Assembly: GCA_047601445.1 (NCBI GenBank)
Contig: JASGJH010000001.1
Span: forward strand, 5,076,201 to 5,140,200
Reading direction: 5' to 3'
Length of the DNA: 64,000 nt
Source: Myxococcales bacterium
Lineage (GTDB): Bacteria; Myxococcota_A; Polyangia; Polyangiales; DASUME01
Shown: in pieces, positions 9,110 through 18,488 of the stretch
Position numbering within the stretch: the first letter of the stretch is position 1
Layout: the number at the start of each line of letters is the position of its first letter
Notes under the pieces: generated by a model
Seen by the model: the letters and a program-made list of their open reading frames with translations, nothing else
What the model was told of the DNA's origin: nothing
The model's database searches: none
Made by a program: the position numbers and the translations under genes

Positions 9110-10501
9110 TCAGGGCTTCAGATGAATCGAGCGCGTCCGCGTGAGCTGATCGAACCCGAGCACGCTCAAGCTATGCCCTCTTCCCGACTGGTTCACGCCG
9201 CTCCAGGGTAGGCGCGGATCCACGTGGTCGCAGCGGTTCATGAACACGGTGCCGAAGTTCAGCTCGCGGGCGAAGCGCTCGGCGCGCTGGCTGTCGTTGG
9301 TCCACACGCTGGCGGTGAGTCCGTATTCGGAGTCGTTCATCGCCTTCAAAGCCTCTTCGTCCGACTTCACCTTCTGGATGGCCAGGATGGGACCGAACTG
9401 TTCGTCGCGCATCACGCGGGCGCTCTGCGGCACGTCGGCCAACACAGTGGGCATGAAGAAACGGCCACGCTCACCCACCTGGGTGCGCTCGCCGCCAACC
9501 ACCAGGCGCGCTCCTGCGCGCACGGCCTCGCGTACCAGGGCCTCGAGCTCCGCCACATGATGCGGCTGCGCCACGGGGCCGAGCGAGGTGTTGGGGTCGA
9601 GCGGATCCCCGAGCACGTAGGCCTCGGCGAGCTTCTTCGCGCCCTCCACGAAGGCGTCGTAGTGCTTCTCGTGCACGTAGGCGCGCTCCACCGCGCAGCA
9701 GCTCTGGCCCGCGTTGTACATGGCGCCATCCACCAGGTTCTCCACGGCGCGCGCCACGTCGGCGTCCTCTGCCACGTAGGCCGGGTCGTTGCCGCCGAGC
9801 TCGTAGCCAATCTGCAGGAAGCGCCCTGCGGCCGCCTCGCTCACCTTGCGTCCACCCAGCACGGAGCCGGTGAACACCACGTGATCCACGCGCGGATCGG
9901 CCACCATCTTGGCGGTGAGCTCGTGCGTGCAATCCAGGGCCTGCACGATGCGCGGATCGGCACCCGCCTCGGCGAACGCTTCAGCGAACATGGGGCCACA
10001 CAGCGGCGAGCGCGGCGAGTGCTTCACGATCACCGCATTGCCAGCGAGCACGGCGGGCATCACCACGTTGACCGCCGTCAACAGCGGGTAGTTCCAGGCG
10101 GGCAAGTCGAGCACCACACCGAGGGGCACCTTGATGATGCGGCGCGTGATCCCGTCATCCCCAGCGACCTCGATGGGAGCCAAGCCCTTGTCGGCCTGCT
10201 CGATCATCGCGCGCGCTCGCACTGCCATGGTGCGTAGCTCGCCCTGGGCCTGCTTCTCGGGCTTGCCCATCATGCGACTGATCTCGGCGCAGTAGCGCTC
10301 TGCGCGCGACTCCATCACCTGCGTGGCACGCTCCACCAACACCTTGCGATCGGCCAGCGACATCGCCTGCACGATGCGGGCCCCCTCTCGGGCTCGCGCG
10401 AGGAGCTGGTCGATCTGCTCCCAGTCCGCGAGCGGCACCTCGCATGCGAGGTTGAGCGTGAAGGGATTGTCGACTTTGAGGGTTCCGGCTGAGCTCGTCA
10501 T
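9110..10501 (-). CDS. NAD(P)-dependent aldehyde dehydrogenase
   Basis: ATG 10501 inside ORF 9110..10687 (the longer form has an Arg-rich leader). ALDH catalytic motifs ELGGNDP and GQSCCAVER; PAWNYP. Confidence 0.9.
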   Translation of the reverse strand: MTSSAGTLKVDNPFTLNLACEVPLADWEQIDQLLARAREGARIVQAMSLADRKVLVERATQVMESRAERYCAEISRMMGKPEKQAQGELRTMAVRARAMIEQADKGLAPIEVAGDDGITRRIIKVPLGVVLDLPAWNYPLLTAVNVVMPAVLAGNAVIVKHSPRSPLCGPMFAEAFAEAGADPRIVQALDCTHELTAKMVADPRVDHVVFTGSVLGGRKVSEAAAGRFLQIGYELGGNDPAYVAEDADVARAVENLVDGAMYNAGQSCCAVERAYVHEKHYDAFVEGAKKLAEAYVLGDPLDPNTSLGPVAQPHHVAELEALVREAVRAGARLVVGGERTQVGERGRFFMPTVLADVPQSARVMRDEQFGPILAIQKVKSDEEALKAMNDSEYGLTASVWTNDSQRAERFARELNFGTVFMNRCDHVDPRLPWSGVNQSGRGHSLSVLGFDQLTRTRSIHLKP

Positions 10502-10631
10502 TGCCGCGGGATGATCGCGCAGAGCTCGAGCTTGTTCAAGGCCACGGCGAGCTCGGCGAAGGCAAAAGCGAAGACCGCCCCAGCCCGTAGCCGGATAGGG
10601 CGAAAGCGAAAAAGCGAAAACCGTCCCCTGC

Positions 10632-12143
10632 TCAGAGAAGGCGGCGGAGCCAGCCCTCTTTCGATTCCGTGTAGGGCGGGTAGGCAAAGCTCGGGTCGAT
10701 GAAGGAGCCCTTTTTCAGGACTGCCTTTTTGTGACTGAATGTGTCGAACGAGTGTTTGCCGTGGTAGGCGCCCATGCCGCTCTCGCCCACGCCCCCGAAT
10801 GGCAGGGAGTGCACGCCCAGGTGGATCATGGCGTGGTTCATCACCATGCCGCCCGAGCTGGTGCGAGACACGACCTGCTCGTAGGACGCATCGCTGCCCG
10901 AGAACAGGTAAAGTGCGAGGGGCTTGGGACGCGCGTTGATGAACCCGATGGCTTGCTCGAGGTTGTCCACCTTGATCACCGGCAGGATGGGCCCGAAGAT
11001 TTCGTCCCGCATGATGGGCGCCTCGGGGCCGACGCCGGTGAGGATGGTGGGCGCGAGATAGCGATCCGACTCATCCCCCACGCCGCCGACTGCCACCTCT
11101 CCGCTGCCCGGGAGCAAGCTCATCAAGCGGCGATGATGGCGCGCGTTCACGATGCGCCCGTAGTCCTTGCTGCGCTGGGGGTCCTCGCCGAAGAACTCCT
11201 TGAGGGTGTCCTTCAGCTTCGTCACGAATGCGTCGTGCACGGAGGCGTGCACGAGCAGGTAGTCCGGCGCCACGCAGGTCTGACCGCAGTTGTAGAACTT
11301 GGTCCAGGCCACGCGGCGAGCGCCCACCTCGAGATCCACGCTTTCGTCGATGATGCACGGGCTCTTGCCGCCCAGCTCGAGCGTGACCGGCGTGAGGTGC
11401 TTGGCCGCGGCTTGCATCACGATGCGTCCCACGGTGCCGTTGCCGGTGTAGAAGATGTGATCGAAGCGCTGGGCCAGGAGCTCGGTGGTCTCGGGCACGG
11501 CGCCCTCCACCACGGCCACAGCCTCTTGATCGAGGTACTTGGGCAAGAGACGCGCGAGCAGCGCGCTGGTGGCCGGCGCGACCTCGGAGGGCTTCACCAC
11601 CACGCAGTTACCCGCCGCGAGTGCCCCTGCGATGGGGTTGATGGCCAATGAGAAGGGATAGTTCCAGGGCGTGATCACCAGCACCACGCCGAGCGGCTCG
11701 CGCACGATGCGGCTCTTGCCGGGCATGGCGGCCACCGCCGTGGACACGCGCTCGGGCTTCATCCACTTGCGCAGGTTCTTCTTGATGTACTTGGTGCCGT
11801 TGACGCAGTCGCTGACTTCGGCGATCCACGCTTCGAGCGACGGCTTGCCGACATCGGCGTGCAGCGCTTCGCCGATCGCTTTCTCTTCGACGCTGAGCAT
11901 CTGCAGGAGTCCGTCGAGCTGCTGCACGCGCCACTCGTAGGAGCGCGTGCGACCAGTGTCGAAGGTCGCGCGAACGCGACTCACCGTCTGCTCGATGGCA
12001 GAGGGAGAACTCGCAGCCTTGCTGGCCTCGATGCCTGCCAACTTGGGTGCGCGTCCCTGGTCGAGCTGACGTTCTTGTCCACGCGGGTCGACTGCGGGAT
12101 AGGTGTTCACGGGTCCTCTTGCCTCCAGCCTTCTTGGTAGCAA
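10632..12143 (-). CDS. Aldehyde dehydrogenase, class-3 / fatty-aldehyde type
   Basis: ALDH3-like motifs ITPWNYPF, ELGGKSP, NCGQTCVAPDY, PFGGVGESGMG. The TTG 12143 start is uncertain and the true start may be up to about 100 nt downstream. Confidence 0.85.
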   Translation of the reverse strand: MLPRRLEARGPVNTYPAVDPRGQERQLDQGRAPKLAGIEASKAASSPSAIEQTVSRVRATFDTGRTRSYEWRVQQLDGLLQMLSVEEKAIGEALHADVGKPSLEAWIAEVSDCVNGTKYIKKNLRKWMKPERVSTAVAAMPGKSRIVREPLGVVLVITPWNYPFSLAINPIAGALAAGNCVVVKPSEVAPATSALLARLLPKYLDQEAVAVVEGAVPETTELLAQRFDHIFYTGNGTVGRIVMQAAAKHLTPVTLELGGKSPCIIDESVDLEVGARRVAWTKFYNCGQTCVAPDYLLVHASVHDAFVTKLKDTLKEFFGEDPQRSKDYGRIVNARHHRRLMSLLPGSGEVAVGGVGDESDRYLAPTILTGVGPEAPIMRDEIFGPILPVIKVDNLEQAIGFINARPKPLALYLFSGSDASYEQVVSRTSSGGMVMNHAMIHLGVHSLPFGGVGESGMGAYHGKHSFDTFSHKKAVLKKGSFIDPSFAYPPYTESKEGWLRRLL

Positions 12144-12213
12144 AGACGCATGGTTCTGGCACTGGCCCGAGTGTCAAAACGACTGGGACTGGGGACTGGG
12201 GCGGGCCCGCGTG

Positions 12214-13800
12214 TCACCGGTGTTTGTAGACCCGCCAACGTCTGCCGCTAAACACTGGTTGCCACAGCTCGGGTTGGCGCGCGATCCGGCCCGGGCCCCC
12301 ACGCACGAGCACATAGTGGTACCACGCGAGGTCTCGCTCCGGGTCCACGCGCTCGGGTTGCCACTCCCAACGTGGTGGCACCCTGGGCGGACGCAGCGCC
12401 TCGCGGAAGTGAAAGGGCGATTGCGGAAAGTCCGCGAAGGTAAACATCACGGCGCCCCCCTTTTGCGCCTGGTAGAGCGCGACGTACTGCAGGAAGGGCG
12501 AGAACTTCACGCTGCGTGAACCGCGGTCGAAGATGAGCCCGGCCACGCGCTCGGCCTTGGGAATCACCTCCAGAGCACGCTCGAAGTCTCCGACCTCCTC
12601 GCGCTCGAACTCTCGGAAGGCCTGCCCAACTTCCACGAACCCGAACAGGGCCACGGCTGCAGCGAGCGCCAACACGAGCTGTCCCCGCACGCCGCGCTGG
12701 TTCGGCACCAACAGCAACGCAAACAACAGCGAAAGCAGCGGAAAACGCGCCGAGATGGGCCAGATCCAGTCGTAGCCGGTGGGCGCCACGAAGTAAGCGA
12801 GCGCCGCCAGCGGACACAGCAAGGCGAGCCGCCACACGAAGGCCTCGTGGTCGAGCTCGGACGCAGGCTCCTGCGTACGCTCACGCACCCCGAGCGCGAA
12901 TGCGATCAGTAAGGCCACCACCCAAAGCACCCACAGCTGATCGTCGCGCTCGCTGGTGAGTACATCCGTGAGCCACATCGGCAGGTCCCGCATGGCCTGG
13001 GCCACCGTCGCGAACTGCGCGCCGCGCTGACCTTCGGCGCCACCCGCCGCCGCCAAGGTGGAGCTGCCCGCCGGGGTGAGAAAGAGCCAGCTTCCGCAGG
13101 CGATCCCGACCGGCACGAAGACCCACAGCCGCATGACGCTAGCCTTGAGTTCGCCGCCCAGCAGCACGAGAAGGGTGCCCAGGGCCAGGAAGGCGAAGGG
13201 CACCACGTGCATGTAAAAGCACCCCAACAGCAGCGCGCCCAACAGGATGCCGTTGCCCCGGGTGGCCGCGCGTCGGAAGCGCAACGCCGCAGTGAGTCCC
13301 ATGAACAGGAGCGGCAGCGCGGCGATGAAGTTGAAGAAGCCGAGCACCAAGTGCGCGTTGTACGTGAGCCCAAAGGAGAACACGGCCAAGCGCGGGTCCC
13401 GGCCGAGCGCGCGCAGCAGCTGGGCGAGCGACCAGGGCAAGGCGATCAAGGCGGCGCACAACAGCAGCTTGTTGGCGAGTTCCACGCCGAAGACGAACGA
13501 GAGCAGATAGGCCAGGCCGTAGTAGGCGAGGTACTGGGTGCGCAGGAAGTGCAGCTCGAAATAAGTCCCGAGCGAGAGATCCGGATAATGCCGAAGCACC
13601 GAGATGGCGGCCAAGTGCTGGGGCATGTCCTGGAGCGGAGGACGCGACACCAGCAGCAGCGGAAGTACGCTGGCTAGCGTGAGCAGCGCGAAGATACTGG
13701 ACCAGGGCCCGCCGAGGAGGGCCAAGCCCGAACTCCACGCGCGCTGCTTGGCAGACGCAGGTTCGCTCGCGAGCTCGCTTCGCAGCACCGCTTGGCTCAA
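12214..13800 (-). CDS. Large polytopic membrane protein, unknown function (possible GT-C-like fold)
   Basis: 528-aa ORF with more than 10 hydrophobic segments followed by a soluble C-terminal domain. Its start overlaps the stop of the upstream SprT-like gene by 4 nt. Confidence 0.6.
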   Translation of the reverse strand: MSQAVLRSELASEPASAKQRAWSSGLALLGGPWSSIFALLTLASVLPLLLVSRPPLQDMPQHLAAISVLRHYPDLSLGTYFELHFLRTQYLAYYGLAYLLSFVFGVELANKLLLCAALIALPWSLAQLLRALGRDPRLAVFSFGLTYNAHLVLGFFNFIAALPLLFMGLTAALRFRRAATRGNGILLGALLLGCFYMHVVPFAFLALGTLLVLLGGELKASVMRLWVFVPVGIACGSWLFLTPAGSSTLAAAGGAEGQRGAQFATVAQAMRDLPMWLTDVLTSERDDQLWVLWVVALLIAFALGVRERTQEPASELDHEAFVWRLALLCPLAALAYFVAPTGYDWIWPISARFPLLSLLFALLLVPNQRGVRGQLVLALAAAVALFGFVEVGQAFREFEREEVGDFERALEVIPKAERVAGLIFDRGSRSVKFSPFLQYVALYQAQKGGAVMFTFADFPQSPFHFREALRPPRVPPRWEWQPERVDPERDLAWYHYVLVRGGPGRIARQPELWQPVFSGRRWRVYKHR

Positions 13801-14723
13801 GCCCGGAGCAGGCGGCCGACGTGCGCGCGTTCCCAGGCGATGGCGCGCGCGTAGTGACGGAAGCGCTGTTCGCTCTCGAGGAACTCGGTGGTGTGCACGG
13901 CACGCCGACCATCGCGGACCGGCATGGGCATCATGTGGTGAAGCATCTCGTGAAAAACGATGTACTCCACGAAGTAGCGGGGGACCCAGACGCGGTCGAG
14001 CACCGGATGGATGCGGATCAACTTGCGGTCCGCGCAGTAGGTGCCGAGCTTGATGCTGTCGCGCTGAGCCTTACGGGCCTTGGTGCGGCGCCCCCAGGTG
14101 ACGCTGGCGTCGACCATGCCCTGGAAGTACGTGTCGTTGAGCCGATCGAAGATGGCGCGTAGGTCGTGCTTGCGGCCAGCGGTGCAGAGGCTGTCCGGGT
14201 CGCGGTGAAGGGCCGGCCGGATCCGCTGCTGGTTAGATTCGATATAGGCGCCGATTACATCGTTGGCAGCACGATCTCCATAACGGAGGTAGCGGCCCAG
14301 GGCGTGCTGGGTGAAGGGGTCGGCGTCCAGGAACATGTGATGGACGCGGACCTCGAGGGAGCCCCCCGACTGACGCGCCGTGATCATGGTCCGGCGGTTA
14401 TCGGTGATTGCAAGACTGATACGCTGGCCCAGCACATGGCGGAGCGCGCGCTCGAGCTGCTGGCGGGCACCTTCATGGACAAACAGGTTGGGAGCAGCGG
14501 TCAGCGCCTGATCGCTTGCGTCCTGGCGCAGGCCCTGGGGAACCCGGACCGCCGAGCGGGCCAAACGCGGGGCACTCACCAGCCCCGGCGACAATGTGCG
14601 ACGGGGGGCGGGTGTGGGGCCGGCGTGGACTAAGCGATGGCGCGTCTGAGACAACGCGCGCGACGCCAGAAACGGAAAGGAGCCACTGCTTTGTGACACC
14701 GTGTCCTCCGCGGCCGAAGCCAA
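13797..14723 (-). CDS. SprT-like / zinc-metallopeptidase-like domain protein (HExxH)
   Basis: C-terminal YFVEYIVFHEMLHHMMP (HEMLH) after an LGTYC...I.IHP segment typical of SprT-like domains. The TTG 14723 start is uncertain. Confidence 0.6.
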   Translation of the reverse strand: MASAAEDTVSQSSGSFPFLASRALSQTRHRLVHAGPTPAPRRTLSPGLVSAPRLARSAVRVPQGLRQDASDQALTAAPNLFVHEGARQQLERALRHVLGQRISLAITDNRRTMITARQSGGSLEVRVHHMFLDADPFTQHALGRYLRYGDRAANDVIGAYIESNQQRIRPALHRDPDSLCTAGRKHDLRAIFDRLNDTYFQGMVDASVTWGRRTKARKAQRDSIKLGTYCADRKLIRIHPVLDRVWVPRYFVEYIVFHEMLHHMMPMPVRDGRRAVHTTEFLESEQRFRHYARAIAWERAHVGRLLRA

Positions 14724-14996
14724 AACCCTACCGACCCATCAACCGGGCTGATCCGCACCCCGAAAAGTACGGCTAGCTTCAATCATATCGGGCGCTTAGC
14801 CGCCGCGATTGAGGGCACGCTAAAGCGCACCCTCCCCCTTGTCAAGCGGAGGTCCGGAAGATGTCGTAAGGTTATGAAACTGCTCGGTTTGATCCGTCCT
14901 TGGGACGCCCAACCGGGGGACTTGACGCGGGGGCCAAAAACCCCTTCCTGAACCTGCCCTCGATGCTGCCAAAAGGCAGTTGTAGGAGAGTGCTCG

Positions 14997-15692
14997 ATGA
15001 CGGTTCGCATCGCCTACTTCGCTGCTGCACGCGAGCTCGCAGAGTGCTCGAGCGAAGAACTTCCGTTCCAACACACGCTCGATGTCGAACAGTTCAAGAC
15101 GTGGCTCGGCGAGCGCAAGCCTCGCCTCAAGCCCTACCTGTCGCGCATGCGTCTGGCGATCAACGGTGAGTTCGCAGCGCGCGACGCACGCGTGGTCAAT
15201 GGTGACGAGGTCGCGGTCATGCCTCCCGTCGCTGGCGGCAGCGACGCTGCTGCGTCGCGTTCGATCCTGGCCGAGGTCCGGGAGCGCCCGCTGTCCCTGG
15301 ACGATGCCATCGATGCCGTACGTGATCCCAGCGCAGGGGGCATCGCGGTGTTCCTGGGCGTCGTGCGTGATCATCACCAGGGCAAGGCCGTGGCGCGACT
15401 CGACTACGAGGCGTTCGCCGAACTGGCCAACAAGGAGATGCAGCGGGTGGTGCGCGAGCTGACGGACACACAGCCGGGCGTGCGTATCGCCGTCCTGCAC
15501 CGTGTAGGCGCGTTGAGCATCGGGGACACGGCCGTGGTGGTCGCCGCCAGCGCAGCCCACCGCGAGCAGGCGTTCGCGGCGTGCCGGGAGACCATCGACC
15601 GCATCAAGGCCACGGTTCCCATCTGGAAGAAGGAGTGGGCCCCCGACGGCAGCGCCCTGTGGGTTAACCTGGAAGCCGACGAACGGAAGTAG
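14997..15692 (+). CDS. Fused molybdopterin synthase MoaD-MoaE
   Basis: Residues 1-81 form a MoaD ubiquitin-like fold ending ..VMPPVAGG (GG codons 15234..15239). After a short linker comes MoaE (GGIAVFLGVVRDH, VAASAAHR, PIWKKE). Confidence 0.85.
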   Translation: MTVRIAYFAAARELAECSSEELPFQHTLDVEQFKTWLGERKPRLKPYLSRMRLAINGEFAARDARVVNGDEVAVMPPVAGGSDAAASRSILAEVRERPLSLDDAIDAVRDPSAGGIAVFLGVVRDHHQGKAVARLDYEAFAELANKEMQRVVRELTDTQPGVRIAVLHRVGALSIGDTAVVVAASAAHREQAFAACRETIDRIKATVPIWKKEWAPDGSALWVNLEADERK

Positions 15693-15772
15693 AAGTAAAG
15701 GACAGCTCGCTTCGCCCTCGAACGCTCAAGCGCCTCTGTTTTCGGGGAAGCCCTCATGGCGGAAGGCTGGTT

Positions 15773-16990
15773 TTAGGCACCCACGGGAGTAGCCAGGCTT
15801 GGTCGGCCACGCGAGTGCCATTGGTCGGCGATCTCGACGAGGTGCTCCACGCGGCGCTCGAAGGTCTTCTCGAAGGCGTGCTGACGGGCGAAGCGCAGTC
15901 CGATATGGGCACGCTCCAGGATCTGCTCGCGCGATAGCTCGATGATGCGCTGGGCGAGTCGCTCGGGTTGGTTGAGCGGCACACCAAAGCCCACGTCGGC
16001 CAGCTTGAGCAGTCCGGCCAGCGCTTCGTTCTCGTAGCCAATCAAGGGAACCCCCGCCGCGAGCGTCTCGAGGTAGGTGCACGAGGGATCGCCCTGACGG
16101 TGGCAGACCACGAACAGGTCGACCTCTCGACGCACGAGCGGAACGAGCTCGGTGGCGAAGGGCAACGCGCCCAGGAAGTGCACCTCGTGCAAGCCCTCGC
16201 GCCGGACCCGCGCCTGCATGGCCTCGAGGGAGCTGCCCTCCCCGGCGATCAAGAACCGGAACGGGAAGTTTCTGCGCTTGAGCTGGGCGGCCACCTCGAT
16301 GAGGTCCTCCGCCCCCTTCATGGGGATCAGACGGCCCGAGAAGGCCAGCGTGAGCGGGCGTCCCTCGCGGAGTCGGCGCGCGCGCGCGTCCATCTCGCCG
16401 GGTGTGGCGAACATGGCCTGCTCGGTGCGCGTGTCGAAGTAGAGCAGTGGGTTCTTGGAGAAGCGGCGGTACCAGCCGAAGGTGGGCGTGCCGTTGCATT
16501 GCACGCCGGCGGAGCGAGAGATGGTGCGCAGCGTGAAGAGCTCCTGATTGAGCTCCCACAGCGCGGTGCGCAAGAAGCGCAGCGAGCGGGGTGCAGTGAC
16601 CCAGGCGATCTGCAAGCGGGTCTGCAGGGAGTACTCGGTGATGTTCACGCAGGGCACGTCGAGCTCCTTGCAGAGCTCGATGAGGTTGGGGATGCGCCAG
16701 TCAGGGCCGGCCATCACGAGCCCGCTGCCGGCGAGCTTCTCCTTGAGGCCGGGGCCATCGAAGTTGAAGACCTCGAGGTCGAAGGAGAGCTCCCTGGGCT
16801 TGACCTTGATGTGATCGAGGTCGCCCGTCATCTGCGGGCACGGGTGCAAGAGGACCTTCACCCGCCCGGGCCACAGGCGTCGATAACGCTCGATGCCCTC
16901 GAGAAACTTGCGGGTGAGGACCACGTGCTCGGGGTCCGGAACGAACGCCGTGAAGTACGGCAAAATGGTCAACGTGCCGAAAGACGCCAT
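15773..16990 (-). CDS. Glycosyltransferase family 4 (GT-B)
   Basis: 405 aa. C-terminal GT4 core LTLAFSGRLIPMKG..FLIAGEGS..HFLG....DLFVVCH..GD..TYLE.LAAGVPLIG. Confidence 0.8.
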   Translation of the reverse strand: MASFGTLTILPYFTAFVPDPEHVVLTRKFLEGIERYRRLWPGRVKVLLHPCPQMTGDLDHIKVKPRELSFDLEVFNFDGPGLKEKLAGSGLVMAGPDWRIPNLIELCKELDVPCVNITEYSLQTRLQIAWVTAPRSLRFLRTALWELNQELFTLRTISRSAGVQCNGTPTFGWYRRFSKNPLLYFDTRTEQAMFATPGEMDARARRLREGRPLTLAFSGRLIPMKGAEDLIEVAAQLKRRNFPFRFLIAGEGSSLEAMQARVRREGLHEVHFLGALPFATELVPLVRREVDLFVVCHRQGDPSCTYLETLAAGVPLIGYENEALAGLLKLADVGFGVPLNQPERLAQRIIELSREQILERAHIGLRFARQHAFEKTFERRVEHLVEIADQWHSRGRPSLATPVGA

Positions 16991-17100
16991 GTCACTCGAG
17001 CTAACACGGTCTTTTGCGTGCGATCAAACGGCACGCTTTCGCACAGTGAAGCCCGAACGCGACATCGAAATGGAGACTCGTCCCGAGCTCGGCACGAAGC

Positions 17101-18477
17101 TCAGAGCAGCATCGATGCGGGCGACTCGAGCAAGCCTCGAAGAACCTTGAGCCATTCTGCACCGACCGCGCCGTCCACCACGCGATGGTCACAGCTCATG
17201 GTGAGCTTCATGCGCTTGCCCGCAACCACGGACCCCTGCTTGAGCACCGGTTCGTCGCGCACGGCGCCGACGGCGAGAATCGCGCCCTCCGGCGGGTTGA
17301 TCACCGCGCTGAACTCGTCGATGCCGTACATCCCGAGGTTGGAGATGGAGAACGTGCCGTTCTGCATCTCCTCGGGCTTGAGCTTCTTGTCCTTGGCCCG
17401 CGCAGCGAGCTCGCGCACCGTTTGCGAGATGGCGAGCACACCGAGACGGTCGGCGCCGCGCACCACCGGCGTGAGCAAGCCGTCTGGCACCGCCACCGCG
17501 ACCGAGATGTCGACGCGATCGTGGTAGACGATGGAGTCCCCCAGGAAGCTCGCGTTGGCGCGCGGGAACAGGCGCAAGGCCACAGCCGAGGCCTTGATGA
17601 CGAGGTCGTTGAGGGAGATCTTCTCGCCGCTCGCCGCCAGGCGCTCGTTGAGCTCGCCGCGCACGCGAACCAGGGGCTCGGCGTCGACGTCGATGGTGAG
17701 ATAGAAATGCGGAACGGTCTGCTTCGACTCGGTGAGGCGACGCGCGATGGTCTTGCGCATCTGCGAGAGCTTCTCGGTGCGACCCGCGAGCTGCACGGGC
17801 GCGGCCGCCGGGGCCTGCGGAGCCTTGGGCACCGCGGGTGGCGGAGGCAAGCGTTGCGCCCCGGTGGGCGGGGGCGCGCTCGGTCCGCGCAGCGGGGTGC
17901 CTGGCAATCCGACTCGTCCCTCCCCCGAGGCTGCTGCAGGGAAGCCCTCCACGTCGCGCTTGATCACGCGCCCGTTGGGGCCCGTGCCGCGCACCTGGTG
18001 GAGATCGATCTCTCGCTCACGCGCGATCTTGCGGACCACGGGCGAGGCGAGCACGCGACCTGTACTGGCTGGCTCTGGTTCGGCGCCGGCTTCGCTCGCT
18101 GCGGGTGCCGCTGCCTGGCTCGCAGCGGGCGCCTGAGCTGGGCTCGCTTGCGCATCGGACGCGGGGGCCTTGCTGGGCGCCGCTGGCGGAGCGGAAGCGG
18201 CACCGCCGGCCTTCGCGAGCAACGCCTGGATGTCGTCTCCCTGCTTGCCAAAGATGGCCACTGGCTGGTCTGGCTGCAGCGTGGCTCCCTCGGGCGCGAG
18301 CTGCTTGAGCAGGACGCCCTTGTCGAAAGAGCGAAACTCCATGGTGGCCTTGTCGGTCTCGACCTCTGCGATCAAGTCGTCGACCTCGACCGGCTCCCCT
18401 TCCTGCTTCACCCAGCGCACCAGGGTGCCTTCCTCCATGGTGGGCGACAACTTGGGTAGTCCGATGATCTTCGCCAT
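17101..18477 (-). CDS. pdhC: Dihydrolipoamide acetyltransferase, E2 of the pyruvate dehydrogenase complex
   Basis: Lipoyl motif VETDKATMEF, Ala/Pro linker, subunit-binding domain, catalytic SCDHRVVDGA. Confidence 0.93.
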   Translation of the reverse strand: MAKIIGLPKLSPTMEEGTLVRWVKQEGEPVEVDDLIAEVETDKATMEFRSFDKGVLLKQLAPEGATLQPDQPVAIFGKQGDDIQALLAKAGGAASAPPAAPSKAPASDAQASPAQAPAASQAAAPAASEAGAEPEPASTGRVLASPVVRKIAREREIDLHQVRGTGPNGRVIKRDVEGFPAAASGEGRVGLPGTPLRGPSAPPPTGAQRLPPPPAVPKAPQAPAAAPVQLAGRTEKLSQMRKTIARRLTESKQTVPHFYLTIDVDAEPLVRVRGELNERLAASGEKISLNDLVIKASAVALRLFPRANASFLGDSIVYHDRVDISVAVAVPDGLLTPVVRGADRLGVLAISQTVRELAARAKDKKLKPEEMQNGTFSISNLGMYGIDEFSAVINPPEGAILAVGAVRDEPVLKQGSVVAGKRMKLTMSCDHRVVDGAVGAEWLKVLRGLLESPASMLL

Positions 18478-18488
18478 GGTGAAAACCT

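Noticed and set aside
14724-14996. Possible Moco riboswitch or other leader RNA upstream of the moaD-moaE fusion (the stretch is locally less GC-rich and has small hairpins).
   Set aside because: I could not align the conserved Moco-motif features by eye with any confidence. A covariance-model search (Rfam RF01055) is needed before any claim.
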